Positions 18,782 to 28,661 of a stretch of DNA of 64,000 bases are shown here, one piece after another. The DNA is from an uncultured Actinomycetes bacterium (GTDB lineage: Bacteria > Actinomycetota > Thermoleophilia > UBA2241). The translations under genes were made by a program, and so were the position numbers. Below the pieces are notes generated by a model, which saw nothing but the letters and a program-made list of their open reading frames with translations, was not told the origin of the DNA and ran no database searches. The stretch covers positions 64,001 to 128,000 of the forward strand of contig CAVWIH010000020.1 in NCBI GenBank assembly GCA_963755025.1, read 5' to 3'. Each line of letters starts with the position of its first letter. The first letter of the stretch is position 1.

Positions 18782-19705
18782 TTAGAGGGCGCTTACAGTC
18801 GCTCGCGCGCGCAGCGAGAAGGCGAGCGGGAACTCGTCGCGCAGGCGGCGCAGGGCGAGCGAGCCGTCGGGGCGCTGCCCCAGGCAGGGCCAGTCGAGGC
18901 GCCGGTGTTCTTCGAGGCCGCGGAACTCGTGGAGGTACTCGATCGTCAACCCGGCGGCGGTCAGGGCCGAGACGATCTCGCCGAGCGGGTGGTTCCACTG
19001 GTACTCGACCGCCGCCGCCACGTGGGCCTCGGGGTCGGCGTAGCTGCCGCGACCGTCGTTTGCCCAGGCGCTGGCCGCCGCCCTGTGAAAATAGGAGTCG
19101 CGCGCGAGGAGCGGCTCTTCGTGGTCGTCGGCCAGGGCAAAGAGGAACGGGTGGAACTCGGCGATGTAGAAGATGCCGCCGGGGGAGAGGTGGTCGGCTA
19201 TGAGCTGCGCCCAGCGCTGCAGGTCGGGCAGCCAGCAGATCGCGCCCCACGAGGTGAAGACGATGTCGAAGCGCTCGTCGAGCTTGGCGGACAGCGCGTA
19301 GAGGTCGGACTCGATGAAGGTGGCCGGCAGGCCGGTCTGCGCCGCCAGGCGGCGCGCCAGGGCGATCGCCCTGCCCGAGAAGTCGACGCCGGTGACGGTC
19401 GCGCCGAGGCGCGCCCACGACAGCGTGTCGAGCCCGAAGTGGCACTGCAGGTGCAGCAGGCGCTTGCCGGGCACGCTGGGCCCGAGCTCGTCGAGCTCGG
19501 GCGCCGTGAGGCTCGAGGCGCCGGCCAGAAAGCCCTCGACGTCGTAAAAGGCGGAGCGCTCGTGGATGGCGGTGAGCTCGTCCCAGAGCTCGCGGTTGGC
19601 GGCGCGCTGGTCGGGCGACGGGCCGGGTTCGGCGGCGCGTCGGGCGCCGGCTGCGCCGGGTTGGGCGGAGCGCTGCTCGGGCGAGGGGCCGGGCGCGCCG
19701 TTCAT
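18782..19705 (-). CDS. Class I SAM-dependent methyltransferase
   Basis: GKRLLHLQCHFGLDTLSWARLGATVTGVDFS and FDIVFTSWGAICWLPDL. Confidence 0.9.
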   Translation of the reverse strand: MNGAPGPSPEQRSAQPGAAGARRAAEPGPSPDQRAANRELWDELTAIHERSAFYDVEGFLAGASSLTAPELDELGPSVPGKRLLHLQCHFGLDTLSWARLGATVTGVDFSGRAIALARRLAAQTGLPATFIESDLYALSAKLDERFDIVFTSWGAICWLPDLQRWAQLIADHLSPGGIFYIAEFHPFLFALADDHEEPLLARDSYFHRAAASAWANDGRGSYADPEAHVAAAVEYQWNHPLGEIVSALTAAGLTIEYLHEFRGLEEHRRLDWPCLGQRPDGSLALRRLRDEFPLAFSLRARATVSAL

Positions 19706-20538
19706 GGCCGCGGCGCGGCGTCGTCGGCGGCGCGGCTCGCCCTGAGCGAGAACAGGAAGGGCACGTCGCGGCGGCCGCCGGGCAGGTAGTACCAGCCGTC
19801 GGGCGCGCGCTTCATGGAGCGGCTGAACGGCACCACCGAGCAGGGGAACTCGTGCAGGTACTCAAGGCGCAGGCCGGCGCCGAGCAGCGCGTTTATGATC
19901 TCGGCGAAGCTGTGGGTCCAGCCGTAGGCGACGTTGTGCTCGATGGGCGCGTCGGGCTCGGCATACGAGCCGTGAATGCGCAGGCGCTGCGGCTTGTGCG
20001 CCGGAAAGTAGGGCCCCACGACGCGCAGCTCGGGGTGGGCGTCCAGGTCGTCGAGGGTGCGCGCCAGCGGGTGCAGCTCGACCATGTAGAAGGTGCCTCC
20101 CGGCGCCAGAAAGTGGACGATGGTGCGCGCCCAGGCGCTCAGGTCGGCGAGCCACTCGATGGCGCCGTACGATGTGAAGACGATGTCAAAGGCGCCGCTC
20201 AGATTGGCCGGCAGGTCGTCGACGGTCGACTGTACGAAGGTGGCCGGCAGGGCGAGCTCGCTCGCCAGCGACCGGGCGAGCGTGACGGCGCGCTCCGAGA
20301 AGTCGACGCCGGTGACGGTCGCCCCGAGGCGCGCCCACGACAGGGTGTCGAGGCCAAAGTGGCACTGCAGGTGCAGCAGGCGCTTGCCGGCCACGTCGCC
20401 GAGCTCGTCGACCTCGATCGAGTGCAGCGACGACTTGCCCGCGCGAAAACCTTTGAGGTCGTAGAAGGCCGAGGTCTCGTGGATCTCGGTCCACTCGTTC
20501 CACAGACCGAGGTTCGCCTTGAGGAACTCGTCGAGCAC
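19702..20538 (-). CDS. Class I SAM-dependent methyltransferase (paralog of the adjacent gene)
   Basis: Same LLHLQCHFGLDTLSWARLGATVTGVDFS motif; FDIVFTSYGAIEWL. Confidence 0.9.
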   Translation of the reverse strand: MLDEFLKANLGLWNEWTEIHETSAFYDLKGFRAGKSSLHSIEVDELGDVAGKRLLHLQCHFGLDTLSWARLGATVTGVDFSERAVTLARSLASELALPATFVQSTVDDLPANLSGAFDIVFTSYGAIEWLADLSAWARTIVHFLAPGGTFYMVELHPLARTLDDLDAHPELRVVGPYFPAHKPQRLRIHGSYAEPDAPIEHNVAYGWTHSFAEIINALLGAGLRLEYLHEFPCSVVPFSRSMKRAPDGWYYLPGGRRDVPFLFSLRASRAADDAAPRP

Positions 20539-20544
20539 GACGCC

Positions 20545-21265
20545 TCAGACCCGCTCGAGCGCGAAGTCGCCGTCGCGGGCGCCGAGCGCGAAGCTCACGG
20601 CGCACACGGGGCAGCGCACCGCGGCGCCGTCGGCAGGTTCGGCGCCGAAGTCGAGCTCCCAGCCGCAGATGGGGCAGTAGAGGACGACCGCTTCGTGGCC
20701 CAGGTTCAGGCGCTCGATGGCGCGCTCCAAGCCGCGGCGGTGCCCGGTCTCGGCGCGCACGAGGCCGCGCATGAACTCCTTGAGGCGCGGGTCGGTGAGT
20801 TGCTTGACGTTCGCCGCGTAGGTCGCGACGGCGTGGCGCTCGAACTCGAGGTCGGACGCGAGGGTGGCGAGCGTGCGGACGTAGCCGCGCTCGCGCAGCG
20901 GCGCGGTGGGGGAGGGTTGGGCGAACGGCGTCGAGAGGTCGGCGGTCGCGGCGGGGTCGGCGAGGTCGGCGGTGGCGCGGCGGGCGCGGCGCTCGCAGGA
21001 CCGGCGGGAGCGCCTCGGCGGCGGTGGCGCCGGGCGCGGCGGAGCCCATGACGCCGGGCGAATCGGTGTCGGCAGCGCCGAGCGCCACGAGCTCGGCGAC
21101 GATGCGCTCGTGGTGGTCGGCCTCGTTGCGGCGCAGCCCCTCCCAATACGCGCACATCCGCGGGTCGCACGCCGAGAGCTGGTGTTCGGCGTAACGACGC
21201 GTTGCGGCGCGCTCCAGCTCGAGCGTCTCGCGCAGTATGCGGATCGTGTCGGAAGCGTCAGTCAT
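20545..21265 (-). CDS. Rubrerythrin/ferritin-like protein with C-terminal CxxC-CxxC metal ribbon (frame change near 21000, or two genes)
   Basis: Helix pair 1 LELERAATRRY...DPR...NEADH; helix pair 2 in another frame LEFERHAVATY...DPR...AETGH; then CPIC...CPVC. Confidence 0.65.
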
Positions 21266-21605
21266 GGTAGAGGAGGGCGGCGAGCGGGCCGCCATCTGCG
21301 GGAAATTGTACGAACGTGGGCGGCGGGGCGTCAACGAGGGCGAGGGATAAGAGACAGGCGAGGGCGAAACGTCGCAAAGTGTGACATCCGGTCCCCGCTC
21401 GCCCCCGCGGTACGCGGCGGCTCGCCTACCCACCGAGGGTCGTCGTCAGGGTGGCAGATACGGAAGGGTCGCCGCTCGGCTCCTCCGGAATGGTGTCACG
21501 ACCACGTCGGTCAGCTTCCCCCCTCGGACGACCTGTTCTGCGTCGCATCCGATTGCGATAGCATCTAGCATCGGGCCGCATGGCTCACGATGGGGGGCGG
21601 CGCAG

Positions 21606-22181
21606 GTGACTAAGAGGTCAACCCTCGCGACGATTCTTGCAGTCATAGCTCTGCAGGCGAGCGCTTTTGCTGTGGGACGCGTCGATGCGTACCTCGCTCT
21701 CTCTGCCCTTGCGGTGCTTGTGTTGTGGGTGCGGTTGCTTGCCGCCGCATGGGCCGCTCGCACGATTCCGATCACTGGGGGCGAGGCTCTCGCAACGACA
21801 AGGTCGCGCTTCTTCGGCAAGCTTATCGACTGCGTCGCTTGGTACCCGGCACTGCTCCTGATCGCGGCACTTCCGCAGCACCTGGCCTGGCCCGCCTTCT
21901 GGGTCTACACGGTTGCGTATTTCTGGCTCGCTCTGGGTCTCATGGAAGGTCTGACGGGAACCTGCCCTGGCAAGCTCGTGCTCGGCATGGAAGTACATCG
22001 GACAGACGGCTCTCCCCGTACTCTCGGAAGCGCGCTCCTGCGCAATGTGATACCGCTCTGGCTCTTCTGGCCGGCCGTCGTTGAAAGCGTGATCATGCAC
22101 CACACCGCACGGCGGCAGCGGGGCGCAGACCTGATGGCCCATACAGTGGTGGCGGCGATAGGTCCACACCGCCCCAGGTAG
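21606..22181 (+). CDS. RDD family membrane protein
   Basis: RFFGKLID, GTCPGKLVLGMEV, ALLRN and RQRGADLMAHTVV; lower GC than the flanks; start uncertain. Confidence 0.8.
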   Translation: MTKRSTLATILAVIALQASAFAVGRVDAYLALSALAVLVLWVRLLAAAWAARTIPITGGEALATTRSRFFGKLIDCVAWYPALLLIAALPQHLAWPAFWVYTVAYFWLALGLMEGLTGTCPGKLVLGMEVHRTDGSPRTLGSALLRNVIPLWLFWPAVVESVIMHHTARRQRGADLMAHTVVAAIGPHRPR

Positions 22182-22333
22182 TCAGATGGCTGCTGGCGGG
22201 TCAGCCGATGTGGTCGTCCCCCCGATTTGAGTACAGCCTGATCTGGTGGGGTCTCCTGGGAACAAGGTGACCGGTGGGCCTGCGGCCGGGGCGGCCGGCG
22301 GGGCGAGGACGCTCGAAGGCTTTCGGCGACCCC

Positions 22334-22843
22334 CTAAGGACTCGCCGGCGAGTGGCTGAACACGACGCCGTCGTGAGTGCCGGGGTCACTCTGAACGAGC
22401 GGGCTGCCGAAGAATCGCTGCGCCACCGCCAGCACATCGTCGCGCGACCTCACGACGATCTCGAAGGACGTCGGCAGGGGATCGCTCCGTACCCAGACGA
22501 GGTCACCGCGTCGCTCCAGCCACCGCATCGTCGTGAGATGCTTGGAGACGAAGGCGAACTCCTGGACGCCGGGTGTCCGGGCTATCTGGTCGGCCAGCTG
22601 AGCGCGTTGCTCGGGTTTCACGGTGCCCTTCAAGAAGACCGAGACGATGCGCGCCTGGAGGGCCGAACCGATCGCCGGATCGGGAAGTGAAGTGGCGGCG
22701 ACGGAGGGCGCGATTTGCGGGGTCGGCGACGACTTCGCCGCGGTCTGCCCGCCGCAGCCGGCGACAAGAGCAAACGACAACCACGTCGAGAGCAGCGCGA
22801 CCAGCAGCACGTGCCCGTGAGCAGACTCGGCCCGGTTCGACAT
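22334..22843 (-). CDS. Lipoprotein with a stand-alone FtsX extracellular-like domain
   Basis: Lipobox LVAGC; VSVFLK...IARTPGVQEFAFVSK...DPLPTSFEIVV resembles the FtsX ECD; no permease helices. Confidence 0.65.
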   Translation of the reverse strand: MSNRAESAHGHVLLVALLSTWLSFALVAGCGGQTAAKSSPTPQIAPSVAATSLPDPAIGSALQARIVSVFLKGTVKPEQRAQLADQIARTPGVQEFAFVSKHLTTMRWLERRGDLVWVRSDPLPTSFEIVVRSRDDVLAVAQRFFGSPLVQSDPGTHDGVVFSHSPASP

Positions 22844-22908
22844 GACCACACCCTACCAGACGCGCTCCGACTCGCTCCAGTTCAGCGGTCGAGCCCGGAC
22901 TTGCGACC

Positions 22909-23979
22909 TCAGGACGGCCCCTTGGTCGATGTGGCCGGCCCGGCTTCGTCGCCTTGCGCCAGCCAGGGCGGGTAGAGGTCGCGCGTCGTCTGGCGGCGCG
23001 CGCCGGCCAGCGCTGCCTGGCGCGCGGCGTGTCCCTTGCGGATCGTCAGGCGCGCGTGTACGTACTCCCACACGGCGTGGGCGGCCGCCAGGGCGCAGAC
23101 CGCCGCCGGCAGCAGGGCGGCCGCGCCGAGCACCGCGGCAAGAACGACGAACGGGACCAGGTGGGCTGGACGACCCCGGCCGTCCAGGGCAAAGCTCATG
23201 AACAGCCAGACTCCGGCCATGCCGGCGATCAAGAGGAGGGGGTACAGCCAGAACAACAGGACCGAGTGGCTGACACGCACCTGGCTCGCCGGCAGGATCG
23301 AGATGAGGGACGACACCAGCAAGGCTGCCGCCCAGAAGAAGCCGTCGACCACGGCGACGACGCGCAGGTAGGCGAGAAGCCGCCTGAAGTCGGGCTGAGC
23401 GCCGTCGAGCAGCCGCCAGCAGGCGGCGAGCGCCAGGCCGGCGACGGTCAACAGGCGCACGTCGACGCCCCGCAAGAAGCCCATCAACACACCGAGCGTG
23501 CCGGCCGGCACGACGATCAGCAGCCAGCCGCGCGCCCCACGCACCGCGGGCGCCGGCTCCTCGCTGCCGGCGATCTCGACGTAGCGATCGCCGATGACGC
23601 GCCCGGGAGCGTAGAGCGCGGCCGCGAGACCGCCCTCGACGTCGTCCCTCCCCAACGCCGGCGGCTGGTGCCCGGCCTTGCGCACGCAGACACGGACGGG
23701 GCGCCGCCACGCACCGCGTGCACCCCTGCGGGCGAAGATCGAGTAGTAGACGTCGTGGTCGCGCGCGGCGTGCCCGTCGAGGATCTGGCCGCCGCTGCCT
23801 TCGTAGATCAGGTCCTGGGACCACTCGCCGGTGAGGTGCGACTCGGGCGAGTCGCAGAAGCACTCGGTCGAACGCAGCACCCGCACCTGCGCGGCCCGGC
23901 CCGCCCAACGCCACCCCAGGTGGACGGAGGCGTCGTAGCAGCTCACCTTCAGTTCGCGCAGCACCGGAACCCGCGACAC
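22909..23979 (-). CDS. Hypothetical membrane protein
   Basis: 356-aa ORF with a soluble N-terminal half and about 6 hydrophobic helices; GGAGG upstream. Confidence 0.55.
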   Translation of the reverse strand: MSRVPVLRELKVSCYDASVHLGWRWAGRAAQVRVLRSTECFCDSPESHLTGEWSQDLIYEGSGGQILDGHAARDHDVYYSIFARRGARGAWRRPVRVCVRKAGHQPPALGRDDVEGGLAAALYAPGRVIGDRYVEIAGSEEPAPAVRGARGWLLIVVPAGTLGVLMGFLRGVDVRLLTVAGLALAACWRLLDGAQPDFRRLLAYLRVVAVVDGFFWAAALLVSSLISILPASQVRVSHSVLLFWLYPLLLIAGMAGVWLFMSFALDGRGRPAHLVPFVVLAAVLGAAALLPAAVCALAAAHAVWEYVHARLTIRKGHAARQAALAGARRQTTRDLYPPWLAQGDEAGPATSTKGPS

Positions 23980-24093
23980 CTCGACCTCCCCCAGCGGGCG
24001 ACGTTACTGGATTCTACGTCTCCTGGGCGCCTTTTGCTCGGAGGGGCAGACCCCCCGCGGGGATGGGCTGTCAACGACCGCTAGCCCTCCCGA

Positions 24094-25473
24094 CTAGCCC
24101 ACTCGCTGCGTCGGCGAGAACGTCTGCACGATCTGCTCGAGCATCGGTTCTATGGCGTTCCAGTCGCGGACGAGCGACCCGGCGAAGATCGCGAAGTCGC
24201 GGCCCCCGTTTTCGAGCGCACTCATGGCGAAGCGGTCGATCCCCGAGACGTAGGTCGTGCGCCGTGCCGGGAGTCCGTTGACCGTGACCCGTTCGCTTTC
24301 GTGCTCCAGCTCGCAGTCTATCCACGCCGCATGCATCACGCCGGGCACGATGGCGGCCAGGCTGGTCAGCCGCCCCGATTCGTCGGTGGTCGTGGAAGAC
24401 CGCAGCTTCGCGACGTACACGGCGACCATGGGGGCCGTGGCGTCGGCGACGCTGCCGATGGCCGCAGCGTCCCTGTCGCCGAACAGGACCGACCAAACGC
24501 CGTGTCCATGCCCCTCGCCGAGGACCACGGAGTCGGCGGGCAGCGTCAGGCTGAAGCTGTGGCGCGGGTCGCGATACGTGACGAACCCGGGGTCCGCCGC
24601 CGGCGCGATGACCCGGTACGTTCCCGACTTCTGCTCGAGGCCGGGATGCCGCAAGGACTGGTGCGCCCGCCGGTCGGCAAGCCAGGCCACCTTCGCGTCG
24701 ATCAGCGCGTGCCAGACGCGCTCGTCGGCCGAGTGGCGCAGGGCGCCCATGACGAACGAGCGAGAGCGCGGCTGGTCGAGGAGGGCAAGGAGAGCGTCGA
24801 CCCCCGGCTGGCCGCACGCGGACAGGAGCTTCGCGAGCCAGCGACACAGGTCGGGCGATCGCGACTTCCGGAGCATCTCGCCGACCTGCTGTGCGTGGCC
24901 GGGGGTGGGATCGCGTGCGAGCAGCTCGGCCTGGGCCCTTACCGCCAGCTCGTTCTTATCGCGCTCCGTGCGGAGGCCCCGGCCGGCCTGGCGTCGTCGC
25001 GAGCCTTGCCGTTCGTCGTCAAACGTCTCCCTGCGGGCCTCGCCTGGCCGCCGCTCGGTCGGCGGCGGCTCGCCCCGCGCCGCCAGCCGCGCCTTGCGCC
25101 GCGCGATGAGCTGGGCATGGTGAACCTCGCGCCACAGCGGCTGCTGTTGCTCGAACGCCTGCACGGCTTGGGTAGCGCGCGGTTCGTCGAGCGAGGCCAG
25201 CGCCTGTTTGGCAAAGGGTCGCGTGTTGATGTCCTCAAGGAGCTGGACGAGGGCCTCGAACCCCGGGTCGCCGCACCGGGCGAGCGCCGCGGCTGCGGCC
25301 TCGTTGACGGCGCCGGAGTAGCGGTCGTGAAAGTAGGCGACGAGCGCGCTCGCCGCCTCGGTGTCGCCGAGGTCGCCGAGAGCCTGCGCCGCCGCGATCC
25401 TGTCGCTCTCGTGTTTACTGCACAGCAGCGTCGTGCGGAGCGTCGGGAACTCTCTGGCCATCTCCCTGCCCAT
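24094..25473 (-). CDS. HEAT-repeat protein with a PsbP/DcrB-like C-terminal segment
   Basis: RIAAAQALGDLGDTEAASALV and AAAAALARCGDPGFEALVQLL; C-terminal YRDPRHSFSLTLPAD...ERVTVNGLPA. Confidence 0.6.
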   Translation of the reverse strand: MGREMAREFPTLRTTLLCSKHESDRIAAAQALGDLGDTEAASALVAYFHDRYSGAVNEAAAAALARCGDPGFEALVQLLEDINTRPFAKQALASLDEPRATQAVQAFEQQQPLWREVHHAQLIARRKARLAARGEPPPTERRPGEARRETFDDERQGSRRRQAGRGLRTERDKNELAVRAQAELLARDPTPGHAQQVGEMLRKSRSPDLCRWLAKLLSACGQPGVDALLALLDQPRSRSFVMGALRHSADERVWHALIDAKVAWLADRRAHQSLRHPGLEQKSGTYRVIAPAADPGFVTYRDPRHSFSLTLPADSVVLGEGHGHGVWSVLFGDRDAAAIGSVADATAPMVAVYVAKLRSSTTTDESGRLTSLAAIVPGVMHAAWIDCELEHESERVTVNGLPARRTTYVSGIDRFAMSALENGGRDFAIFAGSLVRDWNAIEPMLEQIVQTFSPTQRVG

Positions 25474-26152
25474 GACGTTCGTACGGTTCCCGGTGGAGTC
25501 TACATCGGCCCCCGTCCTGCCGCGCCGGCTCGTCGTGCTGTGCCGACTCCTCTTGCTCAGCCGTCTCGATGAGCGCGCGCACCAGACAGCCGATCATGAA
25601 GGCGAGGCACTCGAACTCGAGGAACTCGATGGCCGTCCTGTCCAGCATGATCTGCACGCCGACCGGAAAGTCGTCGTCGGCCTCTTCGAAGGCAAGCTTG
25701 ACCGGGATCTTCGGAAGCACCGCGAATTTCCACAGATGAGAGCCCGCGCGCGACGCCTCTTCGACGCCGCCCAGCCTCGTCGCTGCCGCGCTGAACGCGC
25801 CGTAGCCATCGGCGAAGTATCGCTCGAGCGGATCGCTCATCAGCCGGCTCTGCGCCCCGAGCATGCCGACCATCCGGGGCAGGGCCTCGACTAAGACGTA
25901 GGAACCTTCTGGGTCGCCGCGTCCTGTGGAGAACAGGTAGTAGAGCAGGACGCTCAACGTGTTGACGTTGGTCGGTCGGCCGTCGTCGCACTGCACGCCG
26001 TCGCGAGTGATGCGATACGGCCTGCCCAGAAAGGTCAGGCGAACGCTGCCCTCGACGTGATCAAGGCCCAGGCGGCCGGCGGCCTCGCGAAAGTCGCACT
26101 CGGGCAGCCGGGCGACCAGCCCGCGGTAGATCGAGTCGTAGCCTCCGTGCAC
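25415..26152 (-). CDS. DUF3786 domain protein
   Basis: LTFLGRPYRI, VLLYYL and FAVLPKIPVKLAFEEADDDFP...IMLD...FL..ECL. Confidence 0.85.
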   Translation of the reverse strand: MHGGYDSIYRGLVARLPECDFREAAGRLGLDHVEGSVRLTFLGRPYRITRDGVQCDDGRPTNVNTLSVLLYYLFSTGRGDPEGSYVLVEALPRMVGMLGAQSRLMSDPLERYFADGYGAFSAAATRLGGVEEASRAGSHLWKFAVLPKIPVKLAFEEADDDFPVGVQIMLDRTAIEFLEFECLAFMIGCLVRALIETAEQEESAQHDEPARQDGGRCRLHREPYERHGQGDGQRVPDAPHDAAVQ

Positions 26153-26361
26153 AGCGCGTCCCTCCCGGTCCGGCGCTCCTGTGCTCGAGGAGTGGAGCGC
26201 CGCCCAACGTCCGGGCGTCGAACCGCGCCCGCTGGCTGTTGAGCATAGCGCAGAGGGCGGCGCGGGCGCTGCTGCGCAGTGCGCTGCGAGGCGGCGGCGC
26301 GGTCAAGGGCCGCCGCCGGGCTGCCGGTGAGCGAGGCGACCACCCCGATCGGAGCCCTTGC

Positions 26362-27533
26362 GTGAAACGCCTGCTCAAAAGCCGGCTCAGCGCCCTTGCC
26401 CTGCCGTGCGCGGCCTTGCTCTGCGCGGTCCTGCTCTGCGCGGTCCTGGTGGTCGGCTGCGGGTCGAGCGGTCGCCGGGTCGATCCCTACGGCGCGCTGC
26501 AGACTCCGGGGCCGCCGCCGGCGGCGCGCAGCGGCGCCCAGGTGTGGGCGGTCGGCATGCCGGTGCTCGTGGTCGCGAGCGCCGACGGCGGCGCGACGTG
26601 GCGCACCGCTGGGGCGTCGACGCACGGCGATCCCTTCACGCAGATCCTCTACGCTGTGGCCTTCGCCGACTCGCGACATGGCTGGGCGGTGGGCAAGGCC
26701 GGACTCGTCGTGGCGAGCTCCGACGGCGGCGCGCACTGGGCCGTGCGCCACCGCGACGCGGCCGACGTCTGCCTGCTGGGCGTGGTAGCGATCAGCGGGC
26801 GCAGCGCTCAGGCGGTGGGCTACGCGCGCGACGGGGCGCTGGGCATCGTCGAGTCCACGAGCGATGCCGGCAAGACGTGGCAGACGCGCTACGCCGGTCG
26901 CGACGCGCTGCGCGCCGTCGCCTTTGCCGACGCTCGTCACGGCTGGGCGGTGGGCAGCACCGGCATCCTGGCGACGACCGACGGCGGCGCCCACTGGCGC
27001 CTGCAGCGCGCGGTCTCGGGCATGTACCGCTTCAGCGCCGTGACCTTCGCCGACGCCCGCCACGGCTGGGCTGTGGGCGGCGCCGGCGCCGGGCCCTTGA
27101 AGCCGGGGTTCATCATGACGACGACCGACGGCGGCGCCCACTGGTCGACGTTCATGCCGGGCACGCCCGATCGCCTGAACGGCGTGTCGTTCGTCGGCGC
27201 GCGGCGCGGCTGGGTGGTCGGGCAACCGCGGCGTGGTCTACCACACGACCGATGGCGGCCGTTCGTGGGTGCTCGGGCACGTCGACGTCGACTGGGAAGC
27301 TCGGCGCCGTCACGTTCAGCGACGCGCGGCACGGCTGGGCGATCGTGCACCCTCACTGGGACCTGGAGGCGGCCTCGTCGGGCGACTCCGCACGAGGCTG
27401 GGGGCTGCAGCGTCAGCTCGACCTGCTCGCCACGAGCGACGGCGGCGCCACCTGGACGGCGGTCAAGACGGTCGACGGCCTGGCGTCTCCGGTGATCCTG
27501 ACCGCGGTCACGTGCCGCGACCTCTCCAGGTAG
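26362..27533 (+). CDS. YCF48-like (BNR/Asp-box beta-propeller) lipoprotein, frameshifted near 27225 and 27295
   Basis: Lipobox VVGC; repeated (S/T)xDGGxxW and FADARHGWAVG units continue across three frames. Confidence 0.8.
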
Positions 27534-27565
27534 GACGCTCGCGCAGACAGGCGGCGCCCCCGAAA

Positions 27566-27657
27566 GCCGCGGGAGGCCCTTCGCGCAGGCCGGGAGCGGC
27601 GCTCACGAGAGCCGCGGGAGGCGCTTCGCGCAGGCCGGGAGCGGCGCTCACGAGAGC
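27566..27657. repeat. 45-bp tandem duplication in an intergenic region
   Basis: gccgcgggaggcScttcgcgcaggccgggagcggcgctcacgaga x2. Confidence 0.85.
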
Positions 27658-27669
27658 GAGGGCCCGCGC

Positions 27670-28238
27670 TCACGAAAGCCGCAGACGGCCCTCCGGACAC
27701 CAGCGCCGCGCCAGGCAATGGGGACAGACCGCCTTGCTGACGAGCACTCGTCGCACCAGGATCAGCACGGCGACCAGCGCCGTGAGCAGCGCGGCCGTTG
27801 CCGAGAAAGACAACACGAGGCCGGGCACGACCAGCGGCAGCGGCGCCAGCCACGACACCAGTTCGAGCCGCTTCGAGCAGAGCGTTCCCCGCGTGCGCTG
27901 CTGGAACTCGCCGGCGGCCGGCGACTGTTCGCACAGCAGGGCTGAGACCAGGTTGAGGCCGTGAGGGCAGCGGCCGTCGCGCACCGTCCGGTAGACGCAC
28001 CCCGGACACACGACGAGCGGCATGAGCACGTAGTGCTGCGTCATGGCGTAGACCAGATAGGCGAGGCCGACGGGCAGGCCGACGATGGGGAAGCGGCGGT
28101 AGGCGAGCACGATGGCGGCGCAACCGACGAGGTACTGCGCAACGGTCAGGCCGTTGAGCGCGCCGGTCTGCCACAGCGGCATGCGGCGGCGCGGGCGGGT
28201 GGCCTGAGGCTGGGGCATCGCGGAGGCGCTGGGCGCAT
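27670..28238 (-). CDS. Cys-rich hypothetical membrane protein (start uncertain)
   Basis: About 4 TM helices with VCPGCVY...CPHG and VCPHC...WCP motifs. Confidence 0.6.
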
Positions 28239-28565
28239 GCTGTAGGTCGGGCGCGCCGGGCGGAGGTTGCGAGGCGGGCGCGCCGGAACTGTCGGCGCCG
28301 GTCGGGCTCGGCCTGTCGGCGTTGGGCACAAGGCGCAGCGGGGCGCCGCTTCGTGCTCGCGCCGAACGACGGGCGTCCACCGACCCTCCTTTGCACCGGC
28401 GCGCCAAAGTCGCGCCTGCTCGCAGTGTGCGCCCTGAAGAGCCGCACGGCAACCCGGGCGGGCGATGAACGCGACGGGAGCGGGTGGGGAACGCTCGAAA
28501 GGAGCGGCTCGGGCACGCGTCGGGGCCGGGCGGCGCACACCACCAGGGAGTGGGTGGCACACGCG

Positions 28566-28606
28566 AGAGGGGCGGGCGGCGCTTCAGCGCCGCCCGCCCC
28601 TCTTTA
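28566..28606. terminator. Intrinsic terminator-like hairpin
   Basis: AGAGGGGCGGGCGGCGC-TTCA-GCGCCGCCCGCCCCTCT followed by TT. Confidence 0.7.
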
Positions 28607-28661
28607 CTTGTCAGCCGATGGCCCCGAGCCGCTTGCGGCTCGGGACATGCAGCGACCCGGG

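Noticed and set aside
27566-27657. Possible CRISPR or REP element
   Set aside because: Head-to-tail duplication with no spacer; not seen elsewhere in the window.
28390-28610. Plus-strand sRNA or SAM-like riboswitch (GGCAACC, CGCTC-GAAAG-GAGCG hairpin, terminator)
   Set aside because: No convincing promoter, no downstream gene on that strand and SAM core elements are missing; the hairpin can serve the convergent gene.
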